This document shows, in pieces, positions 10,776-22,530 of a stretch of DNA of 64,000 nucleotides (positions are counted from its first letter, which is position 1; the number at the start of each line of letters is the position of its first letter). Origin of the DNA: Macrostomum hystrix (lineage: Eukaryota > Animalia > Platyhelminthes). The stretch is from positions 248,001 through 312,000 of the forward strand of contig CATNEN010000011.1 in NCBI GenBank assembly GCA_950097015.1, in the 5' to 3' direction. Position numbers and translations under genes: made by a program. The notes under the pieces are model-generated. The model searched no databases and was not told the origin of the DNA. It worked only from the letters and a program-made list of their open reading frames with translations.

Positions 10776-12022
10776 GTGCGATCTTGCGTGAATGTACAGT
10801 CATTTCTATTCAATTCAGAGAGTTCAGACCTCAGTGTCGAAACTGACTAACCAAAAACTCCTCACCCAATGATGTCTGAAAGTAGCAATGTGCGTAAACC
10901 GCCTTTTGTCCGACTAAACTGTTGAAAACAATTCAAAATTGACCAATTTTTCTTTAGCTACCATGCCCAGAATCTTCAGAATTAAAATAGACGACAACTT
11001 TCGGATAAGATTGAGGGGCTAGAAATCATATCGCGCGAACTCCATCAACTTTAAATTAAACCCCACCCGTTAAAACAGGTGAAGTCCGAGCCATTAATAT
11101 TGACAACAGCGAGTTCTCCGGGCCCCGCTCAGTCAGAGGTGCGAATTTCAATAAATAAAATTCAACAGCCCGCCTTCGAGAATAGGAATGTGTGAAACTG
11201 TATTGTGGCGAATTCTCTCTCCTTAGCAATCTCGCCGAGACACTGTACACTCAGCTGAAAGCATTGCAAAAGTATAAAAACTTTATTTGCCCTTGGCATC
11301 CCCAATTTTCGGAATTCAGCAATGAAATTTATATCTCTGGATTTAGAACTTCAAGTTCTCTCCAGCAGTACAAATTTTATCCACAAATCTTAAAAAAGCA
11401 AAATAATAATTCTCAGTTGAAATTTCTGCAAAAGGCAGCCAGTTTAGTAAGCACATTCTTCTCCGCCTACACTGAGAGGCCCGCTAATTTTATAAATTGA
11501 ATTTTAACCCAGCCAACTCTGCCCTGCCCATTGTACGCACTTCAATATTGAACAAATCAGACCCCTCAATAGAACTGACTAACGGCACCCTCTCTCCGCC
11601 AATACACAGAGGCAGTTAGAATGTGCGTACGGCCACCTCTCCGCCCCATTTTTTTTCAAACCGACTGCCAACCCTCCACTGGAGAGAAAATACACTAAAC
11701 AGATAGGCACAAAATGTTGACGCAACTCATTTAACCGAGGCCAATTTCATCACAGCGGGAAGGACATTTGCCTACTATATACTACTTAATAGCCTTTCTG
11801 CTTTTTTGAGGATCATAGAATTTGAAATTTCAGAATTAAAATAGCCTATAGCCTTCCTCGGAAAATTTCCCATTTTCCCATATAAGTTTCAACGCTGAGT
11901 TGCCAGTATTCTAGGAGGAGATGTCGAACTGACACACACACACACAGACAGACAAACAACACGTGAAAATTAGTATATTTACGAGCTAAACTCCTCCTCC
12001 GGAGGAGGTTGAGAGGAGAGAA
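10776..12022 (-). mobile_element. Helentron-associated (HINE/DINE-1-like) non-autonomous element, family B
   Basis: Perfect 16-bp palindrome CCTCCTCCGGAGGAGG (11993-12008) beside an ACAG/CA microsatellite (about 11933-11955). The body (about 11395-11990) recurs, diverged, at about 13640-14243. Left boundary approximate; the class call is by architecture only. Confidence 0.55.
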
Positions 12023-12023
12023 C

Positions 12024-13210
12024 TCCCATCGCCTGATCTCCCATCGCGTCATCTCCTATCGCCTGATCTCCCATCGCCTAATCTCCCATCGCCTCATCTC
12101 CCATCGCCTCATCTCCCATCGCCTCATCTCCCATCGCCTCATCTCCCATCGCCTAATCTCCCATCGCCTGATCTCCCATCGCCTCATCTCCCATCGCTTC
12201 ATCTCCCATCGCCTCATCTCCCATCGCCTCATCTCCCATCACCTGATCACCCATCACCTCATCTCCCATCGCCTAATCTCCCATCGCATCATCTCCCATC
12301 GTCTCATCTCCCATCGCCTCATCTCCTATCGCCTGATCTCCCATCGCCTAATCTCCCATCGCCTCATCTCCCATCGCCTGATCTCCCATCGCCTGATCTT
12401 CCCCCGCCTGATCTCCCACCGTCTCATCTCCCATCACCTCATCTCCCATCGCCTCACCTCCTATCGCCTGATCTCCCATCCCCTCATCTCCCATCGCCTG
12501 ATCTCCCATCGCCTCATCTCCCATCGCCTCATCTCCCATCGCCTGATCTCCCATCGCCTCATCTCCCATCGCCTGATCTCCCATCGCCTCATCTCCCATC
12601 GCCTGATCTCCCATCGCCTCATCTCCCATCGCCTGATCTCCCATCGCCTCATCTCCCGTCGCCTGATCTCCCATCGCCTCATCTCCCATCGCCTCATCTC
12701 CTATCGCCTGATCTCCCATCGCCTAATCTCCCATCGCCTGATCTCCCATCGCCTGATCTCCCATCGCCTAATCTCCCATCGCCTCATCTCCCATCGCCTG
12801 ATCTCCCATCGCCTAATCTCCCATCGCCTGATCTCCCATTGCCTCATCTCCCATCGCCTCATCTCCCGTCGCCTGATCTCCCATCCCCTCATCTCCCATC
12901 GCCTGATCTCCCATCGCCTCATCTCCCATCGCCCGATCTCCCATCGCCTGATCTCCCATCGCCTCATCTCCCATCGCTTCATCTCCCATCGCCTCAACTC
13001 CTATCGCCTGATCTCCCATCGCCTAATCCCCCATCGCCTCATCTCCCATCGCCTAATCTCCCATCGCATCATCTCCCATCGTCTCATCTCCCATCGCCTG
13101 ATCTCCCATCGCCTCATTTCTCATTGCCTCATCTCCCATCGCTTCATCTCCCATCGCCTCATCTCCCATCGCCTGATCTCCCATTGCCTGATCTCCCATT
13201 GCCTGATCTC
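12024..13210. repeat. 15-bp satellite, array 2
   Basis: Same unit as array 1; both arrays start at the same point after the family B palindrome. Confidence 0.95.
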
Positions 13211-13700
13211 AAATCGACTCAGTTCTTTTCAAATGTTAAAAAGCAAAAGCAAAATTCACAGTTGAAATTTCATTGCCTTTAGCGCAAACTCCAATCGCCT
13301 CATTTCTCATTGCCTCATCTCCCATCGCTTCATCTCCCATCGCCTCATCTCCCATCGCCTGATCTCCCATTGCCTGATCTCCCATTGCCTGATCTCAAAT
13401 CGACTCAGTTCTTTTCAAATGTTAAAAAGCAAAAGCAAAATTCACAGTTGAAATTTCATTGCCTTTAGCGCAAACTCCCATCGCCTCATTTCTCATTGCC
13501 TCATCTCCCATCGCTTCATCTCCCATCGCCTCATCTCCCATCGCCTGATCTCCCATCGCCTGATCTCCCATTGCCTGATCTCCCATCGCCTCATCTCCCA
13601 TCGCGGCTCCGATCGCCTGATCTCAAATCGAGTCAGTTCTTTTCAAATGTTAAAAAGCAAAAGCACAATTCACAGTTGAAATTTCATTGCCTTTAGCGCA
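13118..13700. repeat. Triple tandem duplication with a period of about 186 bp (satellite end plus start of family B body)
   Basis: tctcattgcc...ctcaaatcgaStcagttcttttcaaatg...gcctttagcgcaaa starts at about 13118, 13304 and 13490. Confidence 0.85.
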
Positions 13701-13704
13701 AAGG

Positions 13705-14243
13705 GCAGCCAGTTTTTTAGTAATAAGTACATTCTTCTCCGCCTACACTGAGAGGCCCGCAAATTTTAAAATTATATTTTAACCCAGCCAACTCTGCCCT
13801 GCCCATTGTACGCACTTCAATATTGAACAAATCAGACCCCTCAATAGAAATAACTCGCGGCACCCTCTCTCCGCCAATACACAGGGACAGTTAGAATGTG
13901 CGTACGGCCACCTCTCCGCCCCATTTTCAAACCGACTGCCAACCCTCCACTGGAGAGAAAATACACTAAACAGATAGGCCGAAATGATAGCGCAACCACT
14001 TTAACCGACTCCAGTTTTCTCAGCTCAAAAGAAAAAAGTGTCCAGAGAAGGTTACGAAATCATTTTTCTGCTTTTTTGAGGATCTTAGAATTTGAAATTT
14101 CAGAATTAAAATAGCCTATAGCCTGACCAGGAAAATTTCCCATTTTCCCATATAAGTTTCAAAGTTGACTTGTCAGTATTCTAGGAGGAGATAACCAACA
14201 GACAGACAGACGGACAAACAACACGTGAATTTTAGTATATTTT
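13705..14243 (-). mobile_element. Family B (HINE-like) body, second diverged copy
   Basis: Collinear similarity to about 11430-11990, including the ACAG microsatellite and caacacgtgaa..tagtatattt. Confidence 0.7.
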
Positions 14244-14254
14244 AGTTAGTGAGA

Positions 14255-16671
14255 CTAGCTTTTTTTGCCCGTTGTTTTTGGGGCAGAAATTTAAAGCAAA
14301 GCAGTAAGCAATTCACGTCTCTGTATTAACTTTATAGTGAAGGTCACCATTTATTTATTTACTGCATGAATGAAAAGTGAAGAGTTTGTTTAAGGGCGTA
14401 CTGGCTCTGACAGCCAGTCAACGTCAGCATATCGAACCATCAGGTTCGGGTAAACTTTTGCCTTGAGCTCCTGCACTGACTGCACAATGGTTCCGATTGT
14501 AGCGATCGATGACTGCCCATTCTCTGTGCTAATCTCCAGCAGACCATTGCCGATTCGCAATAGATTGGCAGAGAACTCATGAGCTGTTTCGTCTCCTTGA
14601 ATTGTAGCTCTCATGTTTGTTCGTAGGTGCAACTTCACAACCGATGGCCACAGGTGAGATGATTTTAGGAAAGCATTAATCTCATCAGCAGGAGTGCCTC
14701 GCGGAATCACAGGCAGCGTCTGTCTAAAGTCTCCAGACAGCAGCAGAGTGACACCACCCATCAGTTGATTGCTATTGCGCAGGTCTTTCAAAGTTAAGTT
14801 GAGTGCTTCAAATGCCAGTTTGTGGGACATGGTACACTCATCCCAGACGATAAGCTTGCAAGCCTGAAGCACTCTGGCAGTGCCTGTGTTTTTCTTGATG
14901 TTGCACAGCGGATTCTCCGCTCAAGACAGATCAAGCGGCAACTTCAGTGCTGAGTGGGCAGTGCGACCGCCTGGCAGCAAGGTGGCTGTAATTCCAGAGG
15001 AAGCTACAGCAATGGCAACGTCGCTTCGTTGCCTGACCTTTGCCAGAAGGAGGTTGATTAGAAATTTTTTTCCTGTGCCACCTGGAGCATCAAGAAAAAC
15101 CATGCCACCAACGTTGTTGTTGACTCTGCGCAATAGCTCGCGGTACGCCTCTAGCTGCTCAGGCATGAGTCGGGGCTCATTCTCCTCTATGAACTGTCCC
15201 AGCTGCTCCTGGTCATCCAGCTCTTCCAGCAGTCCCAGTCGCTGACATGCTTCATGAAAAGTTTGGCAGGTATGGCCTTCCACCGTTCTAATGTGTCTAA
15301 ATGACGTCGGACCAATCACGGTGTGTAGCAGGTAGTAGCATTCACTGTGGTTTGGGTGCACCGTGTACTCTGGCTAATGCATCAGTCTGTCGTATTTCAG
15401 GATGGCCTGGAACTGCAGCGCCTTGAACCCGCCGCTTCCATCCTTTCGAAGAGGCGTTCCATGTGTAATAGGCAGGCACCTGGTGGTACAGCAAAGTCCT
15501 GGCAAAGGGGTCTTCAGCGCACAACTTGAAGAAAGCAGTAAGAGTAGTGTCCTGTGGCCTTTGAGCACGCTGCTGGATGTTCTCCTCCGTAAAGTATACT
15601 CTCTGACCGTTTTCCAGGTGCACACTGAGGTGCATGACAGTTGGGTGGCGTTCATGAATAGAGAATCCGAAGATTCGCCACATTGCCTCGTTAGAGCTGA
15701 TACCTTCCGCTCTTGAAGCGATTGACTTCGTCAAATTCGTTTACTATGCCTCCAGGTCCCTCAATGTTGAACACTGCTTGGTCGCTACCCTTGTTCACGT
15801 ACTTGCAAATGTACTTGATTGATTTAACATTTAACAGTTGATGTGTGGATTGAACACCTTGGACAGTAGCGGGCAGTAGGGAACGACCCATCTGTTGTCC
15901 AGATCGATCTCTTCATTCCCATGGCTGCATAGAATAATGCGAGTGGTAAAGCCGCCATCCTCACGTGATCTCCGTCGATACAGCGGATAACCGTCTTGTA
16001 TTTTAGCAAAGCACTGTACGCCAGCCTCTCTCTTTCTTCTATCCCAGGCTGGCTGGAGAGAAATATTGACCGGAGAGCCCTGCGCACTGGGACGCCACCG
16101 CACTCACCGCACTCAGTCTCAGTGCTGCTTGGGGGCCAGTAGACAGTCTAGGGGTTTGGGCTGTGTACATTCACGGCTTGAAATGCAATGTACAGTCTGG
16201 GGCTTCGGCGCCCGGGGAAGGGAGGGGGTGGCTGTATTAAAATTTGGCCCGCAGAGTGGCGGAGGGGAGTTGGGGTGGCTGTCCTCGGAAAACAAAAAGT
16301 GACTCACTTTGAGATGATGCAGCTTTGCTCTGGATTGAGTAGAGATGTTCAAAATTGACAGCATTGTTGGAAAACATGTAAAGTGTAAGTGGATCAAATT
16401 TGGAGAAAATCTGACAAAGTGGGGCGACGATATGTCGAATTGAGTGATTTTTTGACGATTTTTGAGCAGTTTTTTGCACTTTTGAGCAGGAAGGAAATGA
16501 TTTTTCGGGAATTTGAGTAGCCTATTGCACTCAGCGTAGGTGGTTCTAGGTATGTGCAAAGTTTGGTGCGATTTGGTTGAGCGGTTTCGGCGTCTATAAA
16601 GACAAAAGGTTGCACACACACAGACAGACACACACACACACAGACAGAGTTTTCACTTTTATATATATAGA
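14255..16671 (-). mobile_element. Helitron family A copy 3, both termini intact, internally deleted
   Basis: Minus strand A|TCTATATATAT at 16671 and hairpin plus CTAG|T at 14255; the same 5' leader; lacks both MITEs. Confidence 0.92.
14408..16015 (-). pseudogene. Frameshifted Helitron Rep end plus helicase N-terminal half
   Basis: GYPLYRRR, DNRWVVPY, SIKYICKYVNKGSD (Rep tyrosine motif), EAMWRIF, Walker A FLDAPGGTGK, Walker B IVWDE, GDFRQ, spread over several frames. Confidence 0.9.
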
Positions 16672-18389
16672 TTCTTGCCTCTGTCCCCTTAGACCCACAT
16701 TCGTGGTTGACGTACATGTAGTACTGCAGTACGTTTCAATTAATTATGTACGCATGTAGCTCTTACAAGTGGCATGGAGTAGCGCTTCTCACCTATATAG
16801 GCTAGGTTACCAGAAAATGGCAGTAGTATACTATAGTTTAGATAAGTATCGCTTTTGACAATTTAAATAGGAGATAAAGCTCTCCATTCGGGATTGATCA
16901 CTGGCTTTCGTAAGCCTAGGCACCAATCGTCGCGTAAGCACTTCATTACCTGTTTGCTTATCTTTTAGTGATTTGGATCGCCGAATCATCGGTGTACAGT
17001 TTGTACATATTGTGACGTATCGGGGCTTGGCCCCAAAGTAACGAAGGCAAGGCTGTGTAGCGGTAGCACTTTTCTTTGACACAGTAGAACGATGTCGGTA
17101 CAACACCGGCGATGATAGCTTTAAGTTTATTATTGATATGACTGTACTGATAGGGGTTCCGTTATCAGTCGGACCGCAATGGCAGTATTGGGAGTGCACT
17201 AGACGGCTACGCAACAAATTGGGTAACTTAATTTAGCAAGATGACTAAGTGGCGAAGATATCAATGTAGTGAGACTGCCCGAGCTAGGCGAGAATCCAAA
17301 TGACGATGATACCGAACAATGAACCGAGGCGAGAGAAAGGGTGACGATACTACAGTGGCGATAAAGCGAACTGGGGCGGTGGCATGATCGAGTAGCGGCG
17401 GTACTTATGGCTGATGAGATAACGAGACGAGAATTGGCGGAATGGAGATGGCAGAGTGAACTCACTATGACTCCAAAAACCCCACTAACCCCGGGGCAGC
17501 CAAACCAGCCTAGACTATTATTTTTATTTTTATTATTGAGGTGCGCACGCCGATTGGGTGCTGATTTATTTGTTTATTTTATGTTTGAGGCTGAACAATT
17601 AGATTTTTTAAAAGAAAGCGATAGGAAAACAGTAGCATGCATGAGGTTAATTTTTTGTGAATAAAAAAAATAATTTTAAATAAACAAAGGCTTTAAAAAT
17701 ATGAAATATAGAATTTAAAGAGAAAATTCAAACCGACCGAAAGAAGAATAGCTATCGTGTTTTTGCATTGTAACTATAGGCCTCAGGGCAGTGGCTTTTT
17801 TATCTAGCTTTAAGTATGCTTTCTATGAAGTCCACAAAACTTTCTGTTAAGTCTGTGCTTTAATTTCTGTGTCATTAAATACACAAATTTGTCATCAGCT
17901 GTTAGGCTTTCGAAATTTCGAACAGTACCTGCCACTTTCTCCAGGCGCGGATCCAGGATTTTTTTGGGGGAGGGGGCAAAATTTATGAAGGCAGACCCCC
18001 GGTAAGGACTTTGACTTGTGCCTTCATCATTCTCAAAAAAAATTGTCTAAGGGTGCAGTTTATCATGGTGTACAATTCTCTGTATATATATTAGAGCACA
18101 ACTGTTCCGACACATATGTTATTGTCAATGACTCACATGACCGCTATAGGTATTAGCAATTAATAGCATAGGTAATTATATATTTCATTATAATTATTAC
18201 TTGTGTTGTGTAAACAATAGTTATGATAGTAAAAATGAAATGCGTTTTTGAATATTAGCAGTGAATTTTATCGTTCAGTACGCAAAGATCAGCTACAATA
18301 AACGCTTCCTTTGGTCTGTGGCAAACTGCCAACCGTCCAACGCAACAATGGGAGTTGACTAAGGGCGAACAGAAAAAAAAATAATTATT

Positions 18390-18920
18390 TCAGTTAACCG
18401 AATTATGAGGATTATGTAAAGAGAGCAGTAGCTTAATGTGACTTAATGTGTTAATGAAACTGGGCAGAAGTTTTTGCAAGGCAAGCTGAACTGGAGTTTC
18501 ATCTGAATCTGAACTAAATCGCTGCCGCAGCTGCTGAAGAACGTCATCTAGATACGGCAAGTATACGTTCACTCGAAAATGTTCCAGTGGGGCATTGGCA
18601 GAAGCACGGTGACGCTGACGTCCGATTTTCCGCGGGACACAAAGTCCACCAACCAATCCAACTTTAGTTGCGAGCTCCTCAGCTTCCATAAATAAATCAC
18701 TGAAGTGAGAGTCTGCATCACAGCGAATTTCCTCTAAATTCCTCTGTGAGGGTCCGAATGCGAATTAAGATAAGCTCAGCACCAATATCAATATTATGCT
18801 TCGGAAGAGCTTTTGAAACTGGCAAAGTGCGTGTCATAATACTTTTTGCGATTATTAGGCTGACTAAAAAAGTTGCATCTTTAACAGCCGCAAATAGAGT
18901 GCCAGCTTCAGAAGTCGAAC
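18390..18920 (-). pseudogene. hAT transposase remnant (ZMYM1/PRKRIR-like family), downstream part
   Basis: FLVSLII...PVSKAL... and VPRKIGRQRHR...FRVNVYLPYLDDVLQQLRQRFS, with stops and frameshifts. Confidence 0.8.
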
Positions 18921-18933
18921 GATCTTTGATCTT

Positions 18934-21900
18934 AATAATAATAATAATAGTTACACTCCACGCCGACCACAGAAGTGGCCAAGAGGGGGGAGCGTCAAAA
19001 CGCGCGTTTCAGTGCCAGGTCTCTGACGTGCTTCACGCCTGCCGCCTGGCTGGGTGCTCGGGCGTCTTCAAAAAGGCGGTCAATATAGCGGGCTGTACGT
19101 CCCTGGCCGCGCCTGCGCGGTCCCTGCGAGGTCCACAGCAGGACATCCTGCAGCGGCTCTGGGCAGTAGGCTTCGGCGCGGATGACATGCCCGGCCAGCC
19201 GCAGTCGCCGCTGACTCAGCAGGACAGAAGGCCGCGTTAGGCGCGCACGCTGGTACAGGGACTCGGTTGTCTCGCTGCCAGGGCCGCGGCGGGCGCCGAA
19301 AGCGGCGCGAACTAGGGCCGCATGCGCCGCGTCGAGCTGCGCCTCGAGCGCCCCGGTCATCGTCCAGGTCTCAGCATTGTACAAGAGGGCGGTCTCGACA
19401 ACTGCCTGGAACAGCTGGGACCTGGCGCCGTTCGACAGGGCCTCGGAGAGTAGCACCGCCCGCACAGAACGGTAGGCGGCCCAGGCCTTGCCGCGTCGTC
19501 TCGCCAGGTCGTCGCCCACGTCAGGCACCAGTCCGCCGAGGTAGACGAACTGACGGCACTTCGGGAGCACGGTCCCGGGGCCGTCACCGTCTCTTAGTCG
19601 AATCTCGGCAGGTAGGTTTTGCGGCACCGTCAGCACCTCGGTCTTCATGGCGTTGATAGCGAGGCCGACCCTCGCCGCCGCCGCAGTCAGGCCATCCAGC
19701 AGCCGTTGGGCGCCTTCGGCCGTCGTAGACAGCAGGGCAAGGTCGTCCGCGTAGCCGAGGACAGACAACTTCTTCTCCGGGTGCCGTCGACTAGTGCGTC
19801 TTTGAAGCAGAAAACCGTCCTCTGCAGTCGGCAGGCCGGTCCTGAGCACCCAGTCCATCACCAGCACGAAAAGAAAAGGCGCCAGGGTGTCACCCTGCAG
19901 CACTCCGGAGGTAGTGCTGAACAGGTCCGACGGTCCGTCTGGCGTCGCTACCACAGCGGTGGTGTCCTGATACAGTGCCATGATGGCGGAGATCAGCTGC
20001 TGCGGTATGTTGTAGGCACGGAGCACGTGAGGCAGCGCGCCGCGGGCCACCGAGTCGAAAGCTTTGAGAAAGTCAACAAAGATGACGACAAGGCTTGACT
20101 GGTGGATGCGCGCCTCCTCGATGATGCGACGGAGGGCCAGGATCTGAGTCACCGTGCCGCGACGGGGCCGGAACCCATTCTGCTCGTACCGCAGAAACGA
20201 GTCCAGCACAGGCTGTAACCGTGCTAACAGCACCCGGTTGAACAGCTTCGCGGCACAGGACATGAGCGAGATCCCGCGATGCTCCTCCTTCTTTGTAGTG
20301 CCCGGCTTCTTCGGGATGCCGACGATGGTGGCCTGGGTCCACTCGCGGGGCGCAGGGCCTCCCGCCAGGACGCCGTTCATCACGCGGGCCACCTCGGTGG
20401 CAACCCTTGTGACTCGCAGTGCCTCTACGGGGACCTCATCCGGACCGGGGGCGCGGCCTCCCGGTGCCCTGCGGGCGAATTCCACGATGTCGGTGCTGGT
20501 CACTGGACTGGTGTCGAAGTCCTCCTGCCGCGGTAGCGCCACCTCGGGGGGCAGCGGCATCTCGTTCGGCAGAGTCGGCGGCGGCGCGTTGACAATGGCG
20601 GCGAAGAAGGTGCGCAGCTCGTTTCTGCGCTCCTCGGCAGTATCGCCAGCCAGGTTGAGCGCCGCTTTCGTTTTGCGACCGGTGAGGGCGTTCACAACGG
20701 GCCAGACGACCCTGTTCTGCCGTTCAGGCCCGACAGAGGTGACAGCCCGGATCGCGTCGTCAACAGCGGCTTTCTGTCGACTTGCGTAGGCGTCTGCCAG
20801 GGCTTTCTCGGCATCGGATGTCGGTCGCCTGGCTCGCCGCAGCTGCTCGACAGTGCGGCGGGCCTCACGTACCTCCGGGTCGCTCGCCCAAACTGGAAGT
20901 TGCCGTGACGCGGGTTCCATAAGCGGCAGAGTCTTGGCAGCGGCAGTGGCGATGGCTGAGCTAATTGTGCTGTAGTCCGGCGCCTGCGCTGATCCCAGGG
21001 CGGTCGCGAAGGCGTACGCAAACCTGCTGCGGGTGCCTGGGTCTTGCAAGGCGCGGAAGTACCTTCTTCTAGGGCGTTTTGGTGGTCGGTACAGCGGATC
21101 AGAGAGCCTCAGGTCGCAGTAGAGCAGGCGATGGTCGGACCGGACAGCCAGGGGTTCCATTGTGTCGCAGTTCTGCAGCCGGCTGCGTTCGCGATGGCGA
21201 ATCAGCACGTGGTCGAGCTGCGCCAAGCGGGTCGTAGCGAATCGGCCTCGCGCGTTCCGCCTCCTTCGCTTGCAGCCGGCGAAGGTCGCCAGCCGGTTGG
21301 GCGGTTTGCGGAAGCGCGTGTTGGCTGACACCAGGTCGAGCCTCGCCATCAGGTCCGCAAGCGCGGCGGTGTTGGCGTTCTGGCGTGGCGACACAAACGG
21401 GCAGCGCTGGGACCGCGGCGCTACGGCGTTGAGATCACCAAGCATCACCACAGTGTCGCGATGCGCCACCATCTCGAGCTGCTCCGACAGGAACTCGAAG
21501 AATTCCTGCGCCTCCTGCTGATGGGCAGCTGTGGGAGCGTACGCACAGAAAAGCCGCACATTGCGGCGACGTAGTCTCACGTCCACGCGCAGCAGTCGGG
21601 CTGACAGGCTGACGCAGCAGATGCTCTCGCGTAGCCGTGGTCCGACAAGCACGCCGACTCCTCCACGGCCTCTGCTGTCCGCTGATGTGTAGTGCAGCGT
21701 CCAGCCGCTCCCCAGATCCTCACGGTGTAGGCCAGACTCAGCAGTGATTGACACCTCCTGCAGCATGACGAGGTCCAGCCGCAGGTCAGATGCCAGCTTT
21801 GCGAGCATGCCCCTTCTCCAGGCAGACTTTAGCGTTCGGCAGTTAAAGGTTGCTAGCCTTAGAGCGCGGTTTGTAAAGGCTGGGGCCCGATGTTGGTGGG

Positions 21901-22244
21901 CCTCACGGTCCCCGGCGCCACCCGGCGGAGCCGACTGGGCGGGGGTCGGCAGATCAGTGTTGCCAGCAGACTGGCGGAGGCGGCCTTTCATTCGCCCTCG
22001 CCGGTTGCGTTCCCTTCGCCGCTCGGTGCGACGTCGGGTGCTTCGCTGTCCACGCCGTCCTCCCGACCTGCCCCACTTGGCAGCCGCAGCACCAGGGCGC
22101 GGCTCTCCGTGTTGGCCGAGGCAAGCGCTGGGGACTCCAGCGTCACCAGGAGGCGGCGGCATTTATTTGCACTAGGGTGCAAATAATTTAACACTGCAAA
22201 TAATTTAACACTGCAAATAATTTAACACTGCAAATAATTTAACA
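18934..22244 (-). mobile_element. Apparently full-length non-LTR retrotransposon, RTE-like
   Basis: 10-bp TSD CTTTGATCTT at 18924-18933 and 22245-22254; (TTA)5 3' tail; short 3' UTR; single APE-RT ORF. Confidence 0.92.
18995..22162 (-). CDS. 1055-aa apurinic endonuclease plus reverse transcriptase polyprotein
   Basis: APE motifs ATFNCRTL, LQEV, GVG, AYAPT, GDLNA, LDHV, SDH. RT motifs RGISL, QNGFR, FVDFLKAFDSV, GVLQGDTLAPFLF, YADD, FVYLG. C-terminal RLRLAGHVIR as in RTE elements. No stops. Confidence 0.95.
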   Translation of the reverse strand: MPPPPGDAGVPSACLGQHGEPRPGAAAAKWGRSGGRRGQRSTRRRTERRRERNRRGRMKGRLRQSAGNTDLPTPAQSAPPGGAGDREAHQHRAPAFTNRALRLATFNCRTLKSAWRRGMLAKLASDLRLDLVMLQEVSITAESGLHREDLGSGWTLHYTSADSRGRGGVGVLVGPRLRESICCVSLSARLLRVDVRLRRRNVRLFCAYAPTAAHQQEAQEFFEFLSEQLEMVAHRDTVVMLGDLNAVAPRSQRCPFVSPRQNANTAALADLMARLDLVSANTRFRKPPNRLATFAGCKRRRRNARGRFATTRLAQLDHVLIRHRERSRLQNCDTMEPLAVRSDHRLLYCDLRLSDPLYRPPKRPRRRYFRALQDPGTRSRFAYAFATALGSAQAPDYSTISSAIATAAAKTLPLMEPASRQLPVWASDPEVREARRTVEQLRRARRPTSDAEKALADAYASRQKAAVDDAIRAVTSVGPERQNRVVWPVVNALTGRKTKAALNLAGDTAEERRNELRTFFAAIVNAPPPTLPNEMPLPPEVALPRQEDFDTSPVTSTDIVEFARRAPGGRAPGPDEVPVEALRVTRVATEVARVMNGVLAGGPAPREWTQATIVGIPKKPGTTKKEEHRGISLMSCAAKLFNRVLLARLQPVLDSFLRYEQNGFRPRRGTVTQILALRRIIEEARIHQSSLVVIFVDFLKAFDSVARGALPHVLRAYNIPQQLISAIMALYQDTTAVVATPDGPSDLFSTTSGVLQGDTLAPFLFVLVMDWVLRTGLPTAEDGFLLQRRTSRRHPEKKLSVLGYADDLALLSTTAEGAQRLLDGLTAAAARVGLAINAMKTEVLTVPQNLPAEIRLRDGDGPGTVLPKCRQFVYLGGLVPDVGDDLARRRGKAWAAYRSVRAVLLSEALSNGARSQLFQAVVETALLYNAETWTMTGALEAQLDAAHAALVRAAFGARRGPGSETTESLYQRARLTRPSVLLSQRRLRLAGHVIRAEAYCPEPLQDVLLWTSQGPRRRGQGRTARYIDRLFEDARAPSQAAGVKHVRDLALKRAF

Positions 22245-22255
22245 CTTTGATCTTG

Positions 22256-22530
22256 TTAACTTTGATCTATTAATTTAATAATTTGATCTTGGATGTCTTG
22301 CAATGCAATGCTGACGTATGGTACAAACTCTACGAAAGTGAGCACTGCATCATAACTGTCCACCCATCGAGTAGGACACAGTAAACGTAGACGGCGATTC
22401 TTATGATCTGATGCAGTATTTGGACCAGAGCTATCATTAAGCTCACTGTCTATAATCTTCTCCAGCAGGCGTACTCTTTTAGACGAAGCCAAAATAAAAT
22501 CGCTCACTTTGCTAATTTACACCTAAGGCA
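22256..22530 (-). pseudogene. hAT transposase remnant, upstream part
   Basis: LRLLCPTRWVDSYDAV, matching the hAT TRW motif; continues into the 18390-18920 piece once the LINE is removed. Confidence 0.8.

Noticed and set aside
9616-13265. Long ORFs of ISHRL, MGDEA and RRWEM repeats
   Set aside because: Translations of a 15-bp satellite that is open in several frames on both strands; no unique coding flanks or splice context.
16831-17664. Short ORFs between the Helitron and the hAT element
   Set aside because: No motifs and no consistent splice model.
19267-22186. Several plus-strand ORFs over the LINE
   Set aside because: Antisense shadows of a GC-rich coding sequence.
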